Assembly: GCA_000182565.2 (NCBI GenBank)
Contig: KQ257458.1
DNA from: Spizellomyces punctatus DAOM BR117
Lineage: Eukaryota
DNA: 64,000 bases
Direction: 5' to 3' (one strand)
The notes beneath the pieces are model-generated. The model was not told where the DNA came from. It made no database searches and was given only the letters and a program-made list of their open reading frames with translations. Position numbers and translations under genes: made by a program. Of this stretch, positions 1-12,996 are shown piece after piece (the stretch's first letter is position 1; each line of letters starts with the position of its first letter).

Positions 1-317
1 TAAGTTACCATCTGAGTAGGCGGGACCCGGCGAATGCGGGACGTACGACCGATTGCCGAGACACTAACTGATCAAGCAGAAGGTGCGCGAAAATATCCAA
101 TACCCTTGCTCTTATATCTTTTATTATAGAAGCCTGCAAATGGTCGCCATCCACAGTGTCCTTTTAACCCCACTTCAAGACACATGCAGCTTCAATGCAG
201 GAGTCAGCCGCATACGTCTCTTGACACCTGATTTTGTAAGGATCGGGAGACCAAGACCAGAAGCGCAGTAGTTCGATATGTCCACGTGACAAGAATCTGC
301 ATGAGTCAGCAGTTGAT

Positions 318-337
318 CGAAGCTCCGCGAAATTTCC
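318..337 (+). promoter_or_regulatory. Heat-shock element upstream of small HSP gene
   Basis: cGAAg-cTCCg-cGAAa-tTTCc: four contiguous inverted nGAAn-type pentamers (one imperfect) about 190 bp upstream of the HSP20 ATG; a TGAGTCA (AP-1-like) site lies at 302-308. Confidence 0.6.
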
Positions 338-409
338 AGCGAGCTCAACTAGAGTCTTGTTGGTACCAGACTACATGAGTTTTGGACACATCATCGCATT
401 TTCTTAGGG

Positions 410-416
410 TATAAAA
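410..416 (+). promoter_or_regulatory. TATA box of HSP20 gene
   Basis: TATAAAA 112 bp upstream of the ATG at 522. Confidence 0.6.
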
Positions 417-521
417 GCGGGTCATGTCGTTCGGCAGGGAAAGCTATCCAGTGAATTTGGAATTGGTCTAGTACATATCAAAGTCTGTACATTGCCAAAT
501 CTTCGTTGTTAAGATCTCAGA

Positions 522-1067
522 ATGACCATTCCCCGGCTTCTTCCTACACTTCTTCGGGACTTTGACCGAGCCTTCTCATCGCTAGAGGAACCTCTGTCAC
601 AAGCTCTCTTTGCACGTCCGTTGCGTGGTGCACAAGCAGCGAACGTATATCGCCCGGCTGTTGATGTGTCTGAAACAAAGAATGCGTACCTTATCGAAGC
701 AGAGCTACCAGGCGCCCGGCGTGAGGACATTGATTTAGAATTCACGGACAGCAATACCATTGTCGTAAAGGGGAACATTGGGCCAAAAGAAACTGCGCAG
801 TCATACACAGACGCATCCTCAGCAACGTCGGAGGCCTCAGCTGTAACGACCAGCAACACTGATGCGCACACCCCTACAACCATCTCAGCGGAGATCCCTA
901 CATATTGGACTCAGGAACGTACCCTCGGTTCTTTCCGAAGATCGTTTACGTTTCCGACAGCGGTAGATTCTGAGCGAGTACGAGCCGTCTTCAGAGACGG
1001 GGTTTTGTCAGTGCATGTGCCAAAACCTGAACAGAAGGTGAACAAGATCAGCATCACAGCGGAGTAA
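522..1067 (+). CDS. Small heat-shock protein (HSP20/alpha-crystallin domain), intronless
   Basis: PAVDVSET..AELPG..EDI and ER..GSFRRSFTFP..A.FRDGVLSVHVPK motifs, C-terminal I-x-I (KISI). Confidence 0.95.
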   Translation: MTIPRLLPTLLRDFDRAFSSLEEPLSQALFARPLRGAQAANVYRPAVDVSETKNAYLIEAELPGARREDIDLEFTDSNTIVVKGNIGPKETAQSYTDASSATSEASAVTTSNTDAHTPTTISAEIPTYWTQERTLGSFRRSFTFPTAVDSERVRAVFRDGVLSVHVPKPEQKVNKISITAE

Positions 1068-2319
1068 CCAGTTTAGTGCATTAGTGTTGTTTTTAGTTTT
1101 TTTTGTTCTTTATGTAAACTCTGTTGTCTACCTTACTAGCATGGCTGTGTTTATTATAAATAAATCTGAATGAAAGATCAGTCATCCGAGATGGGCTGTT
1201 AATCTGACCCGCTTCTCCGCATCTTGTTGGGATGAGCGGAAGCCGGCCGAGGCATCGGTTCCCTCACATCATTTTAGCAGCAAATCCGTCAGTCTAATCA
1301 ACAAGTGGCAGGACCTGCCAAGGAGTTCCGGTAGCGTCTTTGCAAAATAATAAATATCAAGGAAAACCATCCCCCAAAGAAAACTTGGTCATGAAATTGG
1401 GTTATTGAAGAGGGCAAAGCAAAGAAAAAAAAAAAATAGCCAAGGTTTGACAACAGACATGTGAAAAGAAAGCCATGTACGTAAATGTATGTTGCATAAG
1501 CACTGCCGCGTGCCGCCCCTCATGGCTAAAGTGTTCTAGTGTTCTGGTCGTGGCAATACCTCTTACCAAACGTTTACCTGAACGACAAAAGGGCATCCTG
1601 ACACAAAAACACACATACAGTGACGGCTTTGCAAACAGCAGAGTCGGATGCTTTTTTGGCTTTTGCAGATGAGATCGTGAAAGCCGCTTGGAAACTTACC
1701 CAATAGCGACAGTTTTTGTCCACGTTGGGAAGGCCAACCGTTTGCCACCACAGCAAACCGTCTTCTCCAAGTTCCGACATTTTGTCATGCGCATTTTTTG
1801 TTTTTTGCCTTGCTCCCTTTTCGCTTTTTTTTCGCTCGTCATCGCTCGTCTTTTTGCTGCTTCAATACCCTTGAATTGGACAAACTGCGGCAGGAAGGGT
1901 CACCATGCTAAGCCTAGTTATCATCACGTGCATGTTTACCAGCGATATGTAAAGTGTGATATTTCACACTTTTCGTAGATACCAACGACAAAAGAAAAAA
2001 ACTTTTGAGTTTTGAATTGATGAGCAGAAAAAAAAAGGGACATGAAGAAGGCAGAGTGAATTTCTATTTCCTGGCCGAACGTAAAGCGCGGTATAGAAAA
2101 TAGCAGTCCGCCCTTTTTAGCTTTGTGGGGGCAAGAAGTCGGTCTAATGCCATATCAATGATCCATTCCAAACCTTCTGCCGTGTGCGAGAGTACCGCAA
2201 CGTGAAAGGGACAGGGCTTCATACGATTGGCCTTCCGTCTCACAGTAGACAAAGACCAGGACACGTTCCGTCGTTAAACATCTTTATCGGCGCTTTGAAG
2301 CACCATTCATCTGTTGTGC

Positions 2320-3864
2320 ATGGAAGCTTCGTCATCAGAGGGGATCGCTGAGCCTGAGAACAACACTCTCTTGCAGGATCGCATTTCGGGCGTCCAGTCC
2401 CTACCTAGGGAGTTTGGTCGTAGCGGGGCGGCTGGCAGCTCGCCGCCCCCCTCCAAGACGGTCGGGGCGGAATTGGAAAGAGGCCGCATCGAAGGCGTGT
2501 TGAGCGAACCAAGGCAACAGAAAGAAGAGCAAGGAAGTTCGTCGTCTCTTGCGTCAGAGCCTCTACGTACGTATCGCCTTGTTGATTATTTATAAGACGT
2601 GGCGTTTTTTTTAACTAGGGTGCTGTACATGGTTACATAGGACATAGACATCGACCACTCCACTCGTCGTTACCCCCATTACCAGGCCCGCCACTCACCG
2701 AATACCTTTCTCATGAGCGCTTTACAAATCGCTCATCCTCATCATCGGGGTCCTGCGAGTCAGTTCCCCACTCGACCCTAAAACCACAGGATTGCCCGGC
2801 TCGACCTTCTTCATCACCTGGTGGGGAAGAGGCAGCGCGGTCCACGGACAATACGCGACCGTCACAAGAACGACAGACCCACCAAGGAGAAGGACAAAGA
2901 CGTTCATCCGTCGCACAACAAGTTCAAGCATCGATGAGCAGACTGCAGGACGAAGATGTGCGGCAACTTCTTTTACTTAGCTCGTTGGTACATGCCGATG
3001 TGAGAGACTCGGTCATAATGGCTGCACACCATGCCAATGAGAAGGCCTCTGGTGTTCGTGGTAAAGCAAATGCTTATGAAGGCGCGGCAGTTACCGACCG
3101 AGGTGGAGTTGGATTGGTGACATCTATTGGAGGGTATGCGGCTTCGGCAGCGGAAGCGTCTGTAGAGAGGCTATCGTCTCATGACACGTTTCGGGAAGTA
3201 AATGTCAGGTCACCACATCCACTTACGTTACCTGTCCGAACAATGCCCTCGTCTCCAATACCGTATTCTTCCGCCTCGGATGATTCGTACCTTCGGCCGA
3301 TACAGGCCACTCAGCAATATCCTGCCACAGCACCTTCCCAAACACCTTCGCCGCTATCGTATTCACCACCTTTATACTCTCCCCCTCATCCTGCCGTTCC
3401 CGATCTAAGAAGTGGGTCTCGCCCAGAGGCAAGAGGTCAAACGAGACAGACAAGCGTGCCTTCACAGGTGCTATCTCGGGAGGGAGCAGCACCAGTCTCA
3501 CCGACCGCAAGTACACGCACACAATCTCGAGATCAGTCGAGACCATTCCGGTGTAGCCAATGGTAGATGACTTTGCCTAGATCTGTTGTTCTTTCTAGCC
3601 TCTCATCACAGTTCTTGCTAAATCCGCGTCTCACCCAGCTCTGCAGCATTTAACCGCCGACACGATCTTTCCCGCCACGTTCGAATTCACGAGGGTATTC
3701 GCCCGTACTTTTGCACCCAATGTGGCCGTGGGTTTTCGCGTCAAGACGCTCTAGCACGACATCACGCTAATGCGCGAGGTACCTGCCGACCCCACACCCC
3801 AATGGACCAGCGACGAGCGTCTGGGTCTATGGGAGAAGGAGAAGAACGTAGATATGGAATGTAG
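2320..3864 (+). CDS. C2H2 zinc-finger transcription factor with two C-terminal fingers; 3 exons
   Basis: Exons 2320-2566, 2641-3562, 3639-3864 (GT-AG introns, phases consistent). Spliced C-terminus reads FRCSQCSAAFNRRHDLSRHVRIHEGIRPYFCTQCGRGFSRQDALARHH; low-complexity S/P-rich N-terminus. Confidence 0.85.
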
Positions 3865-4257
3865 AGTTTACCTTTCTTTTTTTTAGTTGCATTTTTTTCA
3901 GTAGTACCGTAATACCCTTATACATGACTTAGTATTAGCATTGATTGCATTATATAGCGACACGATATACTCTAATACGGCCAATAAGTAACTAATAGAT
4001 ATAATATATAATAACCTAGTGATTGTGCCCGCAGGCTGATTTGTTCATGGAAGTGGAAAACTGTAACTGTAGGGGGCTCTATAAGGATATTGGCCACAAG
4101 GAAATAACAATGGTTCTCGCAATACCAGCGTTACCATTATATTTCTCGATAATATATTTTTACCCAACTTTCCAGCAAAATATATCACAGTAATTTGAAC
4201 TGTCTCGCATCACCAATCCCTATTGACAGTCTCTGCAAAGCACATTCACAATCACGC

Positions 4258-5878
4258 CTACCCCTTCTTCACTTTCTTAACTCCATCACCTTGAACATTA
4301 CCCCCATCCAATCCGTCGAGTCCCTCAAGCTGGACCGAACTTCCCACCCTTTCCAGCTCTTTCTTCAATCCCTTCAATTCCTCGACATATCTTCGACTAA
4401 ACACTTCAAAATAATAATTTGCCCCATTATATGTCGCGACGCACAAGCTCCCCATCAATGCAGCCGCATTAAGCCATTTGAATCGGTAAAATAGATACGT
4501 GGGGGCGATTGTAATGAGGGTATAGACAAGCTGAATAGCCATAAATACTGCAGGTTGATATGCAGGACGAAATCGCTTGGCCGCCCTGTAGATGAGGGAC
4601 TGTTGATTGGCCAGCATCCATGTCGTACTCGTAGCATAGCCTGCTTTGATCTTGTCTGCGCGCATGGTCCAAACAAAGACCCAGTACGCGGCTTGCCAAA
4701 ACACGTAGGTCGCGACCGAAGTGAGCATCATTTGAGAGAAGGATATATCTGGGGGATTCGTAGAGAGGGACAAAAGGTGGTCGGGAAGAATGCGAAGGGC
4801 GTGTTGGTGATGAGGCTTTACGACCCAACGACAGATAAAGAGCGTCAAAGGAGGGTCAAAGTGAATGAGGAGCGACGTAACCTTGTCCAGCGAGTGGAAG
4901 ACGAGAGAGTTTCGCCAAGCAGTTATAGCAATGAGTACCGGCCCGTTGGCGAGACCCCAGGTAGCCGCAAACAAATTAGCGTGCGAGCCCGGGAATGCGA
5001 GGTATAAGATCAACAGCGCATTCACAAAGTAGCACATATCAAACATGAAATAATGCCATCGCTTCCTCCTATACACTATCAGTCTCATCATCAGCAAGAC
5101 AAAAGTCTTTACGACATAAAACCAGGGAATAACTTCTGGCCAAACCCCGACTAGTAACGCGGTAACCCACATATTGGTAACCCCGACCACAAACGCTAGC
5201 TTGTCCCTTTTTTTAACAGCTTCTGGGCTCTGCTGCATTTTCAACAACCGCAATTGGTTGTTGACAATCCGTTTTTGGGTATCTACCAGCTTTCGGAACT
5301 TGCGACCAAACGGCGTTTGCTCGAGTCGATCTCGCTGCGCTGAGAATGTGGATGAGAGGACACGGATCCAGTCTGAGCCGACCAAGTCAAATGAAGAGAG
5401 ATCATCATCAAAATCTAGTAGGTCAAAGTCCAGCGCTTGTATGAGGGTATCGCTAGTGGCGGAAAGTGTTGGCGAAGAGGCGGGAGAGTCGTCGACGTCG
5501 CCATCCTGAGCTGCCGGTACGCCATTGATGTCGTCTCTGGACGGAGAGTCCGCGGTTGAGGAAGAGGTAGCACTAATGGGTGTATCAATACGTTCTGGCG
5601 GTTTTGGTTCCGAGGGTTCCGGCATCAGAGAATTGGAGCGTCTCAAAAAACTTGGGAAATCGTCTCCGGCTTGCAATATGAGGTGGTGGTCGTTGACGCT
5701 TCTGGCAAAAACTTGTCGTAGCTCGTCTGCAACACCTTGTGCGTTTTCCTTTGGAGGCTTACTTGCGTTCTAAATATGTTATGTATTCACGATGAGGATC
5801 AAACCAAATCACAAATTGTAGATTGACAGGAACAAGCCGAGACAGACGACACGGAGCTGGTAGTGAAGTCATTTGCAT
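4258..5878 (-). CDS. GPC1: Glycerophosphocholine acyltransferase (GPC1/DUF2838 family); 5' exon uncertain
   Basis: HYFMFDMCYFVN, WRNSLVFHSLDKVTSLLIH and YNGANYYFEVFS motifs, multiple TM helices. The frame stays open to an AG acceptor near 5770; the start is probably in an upstream exon (ATGs at 5872/5878). Confidence 0.85.
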
Positions 5879-6793
5879 GTCCCAATTTGGAAATAATTAC
5901 GTACGTAATCCAAAGTACGTCAATAATCAGTTTTTTGGACCAAGAAACTGTTGAAGAGACATAGAACGAACAAGGGAGAATCTGTAGGCCATCTGTAAAA
6001 GGCGACTAGTGCATTGCTTGCACCAGAATCGTAACTTATTCTCTAGTTATCCGTTCTTGAGTTATTGCAAATGCTTCAATTACCAGACGTCAAAACCCCG
6101 ACAGATGAATGATGCTATCACAAGTAGTCAGGAAACGTTTGAGTAGGAAAACATTTCTCTGCGACACGAGAACAGCCCAAAGAGGCATATGCATTCTTCT
6201 ATCGAGTTTGTTCTCGAGTGTAATCAAAGTAAAATTGTAAAATCTGTCAACGTCATTCAATGTCAGCCTTCCACCTTATCAACAATCTTTGCGGAATGTT
6301 GTATGGATGCCTTTCAATCTCAAGTGGGGCGAGGAGCACCTATCTTACTGATATAGTCAGCCATGTAACATTATGAACACTTGTTCAGTGGTCCGATGTC
6401 CGTCTACACACTACTACATCAACAAGGTAATGCGGAACATTTAGCCGGAAAGGAGAGAACACTGGATTATAGATCAGATTAGGATGTCAATACGGGGGGG
6501 ATATATCGAAAGCCTAAATGCATGTATGCCAAAAATAGCTACGGTCGCCCCATGATGAGGATCACCCCAAAAAGTAATGCTCTTATGAATCACTACGAAA
6601 CGGTCCGATACTATGCGCGGCATCACAGGGTAATAATATCCCAATTGTATGGAAATTCCGGGGATGCTCATGCCATAACTTTTTAAAAATGACATTTGAG
6701 ATGAGTTTATGCTGTCAGGGCCCCTTTTGACAAAAGCTGAATTCATCTGGTCGATTGGACAACGTACAGAAAGTGCAGATCGCCCCCCAAAGG

Positions 6794-8245
6794 ATGGATT
6801 CATCATCACCACCAGCCACTGAACCTCCACTGCAGCAACAAACAAGAGCAACCCGTTTCCTAATATTCCTTACGACAACGACAACTACGATGGCCCGCAT
6901 CTGGTTGGCGTTTGTCGTGGCTTTCTTGATTTTCATGGCGATTCACCCCAAGCCCGGCATACTTCCCAAAAAATCTGATTCAGTCGCATTATCTTCCGAC
7001 GACGAGGCAGTCAACATTCATATATTGAGCGCTGGGGATCGAGGTGCGGTCGTGGGTATCCCAGCATTGTTTGGTGCACCGATACAAAAGCCAGCAAAAG
7101 TGCGAATCCTGATTCTCGAAAACGAAACTGGATGTAGACCGTTCAAAAAGCCGCTTCTTCTTGCGAATCAGCAAACCGACGATGCGTACATTCTTCTTCC
7201 ACGCGGACACTGTCCGTTTGATGTCAAAATACTCAACGCCCAGCGCGCTGGATTCAAAGGTGGCATCATCTACAATATCGCAACGTCGCCTTACTATGAT
7301 CACCCTGTGCGTATGTCAGCTGTCGATGCAACGGACGCTGAAGTGCAGATTGCCGCGCTCTTTGTTACAGATTTCGATGGACAGATTTTGAAAGAGAGCG
7401 CTCAATGGGGGCAAGGTGTAGGCGTAGTTAGAGCCTTGATCAAGTCTGCAAATGAGAAGCTAGATTCAGATCAGTTACCATCAGGACAACGGAAATATCC
7501 TCACGTTATTGACCCGGATCAAGCGTGGGACGGCGTCTTCACGGGCATTTGGGGTGACGCCTTGGTGTCCGCCTTGTGTTTTTTCCTCGGTGCACTAGGA
7601 GCGATGGCCGTAGGAGCGGCGTTGGTTCTGCTTCACAACAGAATATTTGGTCCCATTCCTTTGCAGTCACCACGACCAGGGACATCAGCAATGATCAAGA
7701 TCATAGTAGGTGAGGATGGTGAAATGCAGGTTGAGAGGGTCAGATTGCGACTGCGAACGGTAACGCAGGAAGATTTGGATGGATTGGAATTGAAATTCGG
7801 AAAGACTGAGGAGAAGGATGGAAAAGGATTCTCGACGGATTGTTGTGCTATCTGCATTGATGAGTTCAAGATTGGATGTAAAGTGAGGGAACTGCCTTGC
7901 CGACATGTGTTTCATCAAAGCTGGTAAGAAAAGGACGTAAATTGATTGATTGATTCCCCATATATCTAACTGAAATCACCACACAGCATTGACCCGTGGC
8001 TCCTTAATCATGCTCTCGTCTGTCCCACCTGCAAACGTGAGATAATTCCTCAGCTTTCAATAGCCAGCCCATCAGCCGTCTCCATCAATGTGAACGACCA
8101 TAGTCCGTTGCTGGACGCGCATTCAGGGTCTTCACTGCCGGCTGCTGCCGTGCAAAACGTCATTGCCTATTTTGGGTCCTTTTTTGGAACTCGAAACAGC
8201 TCAGAGCCTGTTGAGGAGGTTCTTGGTATGGACGGGTTATTTTAG
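6794..8245 (+). CDS. PA-domain/TM/RING-H2 E3 ubiquitin ligase (RNF13/RMR-like); 2 exons
   Basis: PA motif RGHCPFDVKILNAQRAG, TM helix, RING-H2 CAICIDEF...LPCRHVFHQSC|IDPWL..CPTCK across intron 7924-7986; alternative start at 6890. Confidence 0.9.
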
Positions 8246-8530
8246 GTGATAGCAGTTTGCTGTGTCTGCGTTCGAGATTCTTGTCAGTTATAGTGGGAAA
8301 CTGGGAGCTAAATGTGTGCTCGCAAATTCACATCGCTACTAAGGGTGTGACTTAGAGTCATATAGTTCGTAGTAGATGGAGGATGGAAGTTTCGTAGACA
8401 GAAAACTGTATTCATAAATACGTTGGGTTCCTATTCAGAATCGCTGATGCTTAAGAGGAGATTTTCTTTCTGCTTTGGAGCTCAAAAGTCTACCGAAATG
8501 GAGGATACATGTATCTAAAAACAAATCTCT

Positions 8531-10122
8531 TCAAGTCCATCTGCTCTCCAAATTCAAATGAAAGCTCCTCATCCGTCCTGCATCAATAGGCTTATAGAAC
8601 CCAGGACCAGGCCTACTCCGTCCGTCTGGATCAGTCCCAAATCTCGGTGACGAACTCACAAAAGCAGCCTTTAAGGACGGTGCTTTGCGGAGGATAATAT
8701 CAGCTGCCGCAGCTAGGTCGTAGCGACCGGGACCTGGATTGGCGATTGGTGGGACGTTGGAGCCTGGGATGGAGACGTGGTTTGAAAGGGGTGTTGCGGG
8801 CCGTGGTGGTGGAGGGGCTATAGAGAGGGGTGGTCCAGGTCGTCGGCTGTGCGGAGCCAAGGATGAGTGGTCAACGGACACAGATAGACAGTTTTGCGGG
8901 CTTACCGGATATGTGAACCTTGATCTGGTGAAGGTTGGAGGTTGTACGCTCCCGGACCGGGATTATTCACCGTTTGTCTTTGGAATGTTGGTGCAAGTGT
9001 CAGCAAGGAAGAGAAGGATGCAAGGCCCACATTGCCACCCTTACTTTGATGTTAAATTGGGCCTTGCAGTTGCTTTAAAAGCCGCGACAGCCGCAGGTAC
9101 ATGCTTTGCAATTGTTTCCTCCTGGACAATGTAGGCACCTAATACCATCGAACAAGTTCCATAAAAGGCAACGAATAAAAAATTCAACTAGATCAAGATA
9201 TTCCCCAGCAATAAGCCGACGTACCAGGTGGAGGCGCATCCTTGCCAGGCATTGACGCAGCATCATTAATCGCACTCCTCTTACTCCGACTCACGAAAGC
9301 GCTCCTTGCTCCCGCCTCTTCCGCACCACCACCATCTCCCGCTCCCGGTCCTGCTTGTGCTCGTCTGGGTGTTCGTTCGGGAGCATAATATCCAGGCCCA
9401 GGGGTTGGTCGATCGAACCGTGCACCCCAAGACGGTATAATTGCTGATGACGGTGGTGGGGGAACGAGGGGTGCGCGGAAGGCTGGGGACGGATTGTGGG
9501 TTATGGAGTGACTGTAGGTGGGTTCACGCGGATTGTATTTGGTTGGGTTGCCGTGGATAGGTAGATTGGTTTCGAGATCGGTTGGTGGTTTGTGGAATCG
9601 TTTCGACTAGGGAGTGGAATGAAACCTAAGCAGTTGCTTTGACGCAGTGAAGTATGCATCTCGTAGTGATACCTTTGATACAAATCCGACCCCATAACCC
9701 TTTTGCGAAAAGGATCCCCCATCTCCAAGTTCCTCATTCGGTTTGGATCGGTAGTAACCCGGTCCCGGTAATTCATCCTGTAACTCAAAGCGAGTTAAAA
9801 CTTGTAATCGATCCATGTTCGGGAGGACTGCATATTGTTCGCAAATACCAATCTCTTATTGAATCTTGGTGCGGTTGAATTGAAGCCTTTTTCTTCACGA
9901 TCATCAAAATGGAAAGTTTGAAACTTGGTAGGAATGCTTGGGGGATGTATGAAAAGCTTGAGGTGCCTTTTTTTGCCTGCAGGTCCGGTTGCTGTTTATT
10001 AGATACTTTATTATGACCAAGATGAACCCAAATTTACCTCTGCGTTGCCCTTTCCCCACATCATGACTGATGGTAGTCCGCAATGTGTCGACCGCAGTCG
10101 GCGCTGCTGTAGCAACCGCCAT
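8531..10122 (-). CDS. STPG1: Sperm-tail PG-rich repeat protein (STPG1/SHIPPO-repeat family), multi-exon; exon borders only partly resolved
   Basis: N-terminal SIPTKFQT...EKGFNSTAPRF, then repeated PGPGxY units (LPGPGYY, NPGPGRY, RPGPGFY) and F.S..PRF motifs. Confidence 0.75.
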
Positions 10123-10484
10123 GACGCTGCTTGATACGATATATGCTACAAAGTCTGGTCGTAGTCGATCCAAGATCTACACGTATGCATTTTAAAATGC
10201 TCCGAAGAGACATGCCCGCGATTACGCGGGTCACTATATTTAGATGCTCACATGGGTAATGAGTTGCTACACGAAATCTCTTGCAGGATACCGTTCGAAC
10301 ATGTGAATGGCATAATCTTTAAAAGATTCCAACAGCAAGAGGATTTTAAATAAAAAAATAAAAAAGATAACCATGTAAAGTAATCCGATCAAATCGGGAA
10401 AGGAGGCATACACATCTTGTACAGTCATTTGTATTCATCAGCCCACTGGACCGAGTTACAAAATCTCTAAAACTACATGTTTAT

Positions 10485-10961
10485 TCAGGCGTTTCCTCGG
10501 TGCTTTTTCGTCAGCTTTTCCACAGACTGTTCCTGAAGTGATTTCAGATCATCGTGTTTGTGATGATGACCGCGATCGGCCTTGACCTTTGATCCGAACA
10601 AGATTCAATGAGCCTCAAAGAACGACTGCATCGCAATACTCAAAATAACTTACCGCAGCTTCTGATGTTGATGCCATCTCTTCAGCCCATCCTCCATCTT
10701 GGTTGAAATGAGAAGAGGTATCCTTCTTTCCAGCTACATGGGCAACAAAGCCTTAGTGGTTGGCTGACATGTCTACTGTGCCTGATGGATATGCAACGAC
10801 ATACGTTTTGCTTTTGGGGCATCCCGTTGAATCTTCTTTGGGTCATTATCGTTCATGTGTGCGCCAAGGCCCTGAGACATGCAGCGAATTTGCGGTGTGC
10901 AAAGGCCCCTGACTGGGGATGTGCGGAGGAATGCAACACGGAAGGAGGACAGAGCGTTCAT
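10485..10961 (-). CDS. Small conserved fungal protein with putative mitochondrial presequence; 3 exons
   Basis: Introns 10734-10804 and 10587-10653. Spliced product MNALSSFRVAFLRTSPVRGL...NDPKKI...GWAEEMASTSEAA|VKADRGH...; Arg-rich amphipathic N-terminus; W..LAS.SEA.VKADR-like motif known from small uncharacterised fungal proteins. Confidence 0.7.
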
Positions 10962-11407
10962 GATGATCGGATGTAAGGTATTTTGGTTGGGAGAATATAT
11001 AGAGAGTTTGAGCTTTAGAGTTGGTATATAAATGTGTGGATGGGCGAATGCGATCCTTTTTATATGTGCGGATGGGGTCAAAACAAAATGAAAGCAGGAT
11101 GACGAACGATGGGCGGAAGGTTGCGTTTGGGGGCGACGCGGAGGATGTGGCTTTTGCTAATGACATAATAGCCTCATTTTACTCACATTTAAATGTATAA
11201 AATGTCCTTTGTCACGGGACTTGGCTTTGGTCATTGAACTGGGAGCGAACTTGCGCACAGTGGCCATAAACTGGGCAGCTTGCAACGAAGGGAAGCAAAA
11301 CAAAGCTTGGTTTTCAGACTGTATGTATTATAAAAAGAGAAATACTAGCAATAGCAAAACTATGGTCCATGGTCCAACAAACAGGACTAAAATTTCCTCC
11401 GATATCC

Positions 11408-11608
11408 CTACTGCATCATCTGACCCCTCCGCGCCTGTGATCGGATATTTGTTGCAAACATGGGTGCTGACGCTTGCATTGGTGAGCCTCTAATTGCCCG
11501 GGTATGAGGAGTTGTGGTGCGGATGGTGTTTGTGCTTGGAATGGGGGCGGCGGTTGCAAGAGCGATGATTACGGCAAAGGTTAGGAGGAGAATGGTTTGG
11601 ATGTGCAT
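11408..11608 (-). CDS. Small secreted peptide (66 aa), unknown function
   Basis: ATG start, clear signal peptide MHIQTILLLTFAVIIALATA|AP; ATAAAAG TATA-like site about 105 bp upstream. Confidence 0.55.
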   Translation of the reverse strand: MHIQTILLLTFAVIIALATAAPIPSTNTIRTTTPHTRAIRGSPMQASAPMFATNIRSQARRGQMMQ

Positions 11609-12996
11609 GATGATACAGTAGAGGCTGTTTAAAGCGTGATGAGGTTTGACGCGAGTGACTGGATAACAAAAGACGAAAGTGCGTGAAGGGGAAAACAGTT
11701 CTTGTTACCTCCTTTTATGCTGTTAGTCTGCTATCTCAAAGGAAGCTACGGCTTGACAAGTTTGTCATCAAAGCAAAAAACTCATGGGGAAGGGGGGAGG
11801 CGGAACACACAACACAGATAGTCAAATGACAAGTATTTTACTGAAGAATGCAGACAAATTGGCAGAACTGTCCCCAATTGTCGCTTTTACCGAGCGAATT
11901 TCTCTTGTGTGCTTTCTGTTGGAACACACGCGTCGTCACACTTTTTTTTTTTTTTTTTGTTAAGTGTTCGAACACCCCGCCCGCCTTCGCCCCAACTTAA
12001 AGTTTCAGGATTTCATGCGCGGACTTGTAAGTTGAAACTGTTAAAGAATGTTCCTTCTTTAAAGCCGTAAGCATGCGGATGGATCGGGTTCTGATTACCT
12101 ACGTAGTCAGTCGAAAAAAGAAGGGTTCGACCGTCCAAAGAAGACGTCGAAACCAACAGATATATGAACCAAGTATTAGGTGAAGGATCAGGGAGAAACG
12201 CCATCAAATACGCTCAAGAGTTTGGAGGAGATGGACTGACGTCCCAAATGTCCAGGACACGATCCTTTGCATAAACTCAAGCGTCATGATGGTCCTTTTG
12301 TTCCTTTAACAGGGAATTTGTCCAGTTCTTTATTGTTTACATTGTGGTGAAAACGTCTAGGAAAGTAATCCCGCACTAGCCAAAAGAGCAACCCTTTGCA
12401 GCAGTGTCAACAACCAAAGGACTTGTGGCTACCCTGTATTCTCATATTTTTTTATTCTTTTGTTTTCTTTTTTTATGATTCTTTTCATTGTAACTCCAAC
12501 CTAAGAGAGTCTACTCGCTTGGATTACTGAATTACCGGAATGTAGCTCTTTCATTGTAACTCTATTTATTTTTTGTCTCCATTAAGAAACTTTGGAGCAG
12601 ATGCTGCAAAAAATGGGGTTTAAAGCGACATTGTTTGCGCTTTTGTACGCTTTCATTAGACCTATCGCAAAAGATTCTCCACAATCATATCTTCGAACTT
12701 TGCGTTTGGGCAATAGCTCTTGGTTGGAAAAAGAGTTGATGGAAATTTGTTTTTGCCTTACAAAGTTGAAAACTTTTTGTGAGCGATCAAGCATGTACTG
12801 GTTATACTTGTCACCCAAAAAAGTGCGCAGTACTTGAAGAACCCTTTTGAGGCAATCTCTTTCAAGATTAATGGTCTGGAAAGCTGGCCCATGCAATGTC
12901 GGACATTTGACCAATATAGTACAGTTCATAGTTATTATGTAGAGGAGAGCACCTAAGTGTATGAGAACATCTCTTTCATCTATCAACGCTATTCCA

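Noticed and set aside
12481-12562. 15-bp direct repeat tttcattgtaactc
   Set aside because: Too short and AT-rich; no element termini or coding evidence
12582-12986. 134-aa minus-strand ORF downstream of the ATPase
   Set aside because: Non-ATG start, no recognisable motif, overlaps the likely 3' UTR
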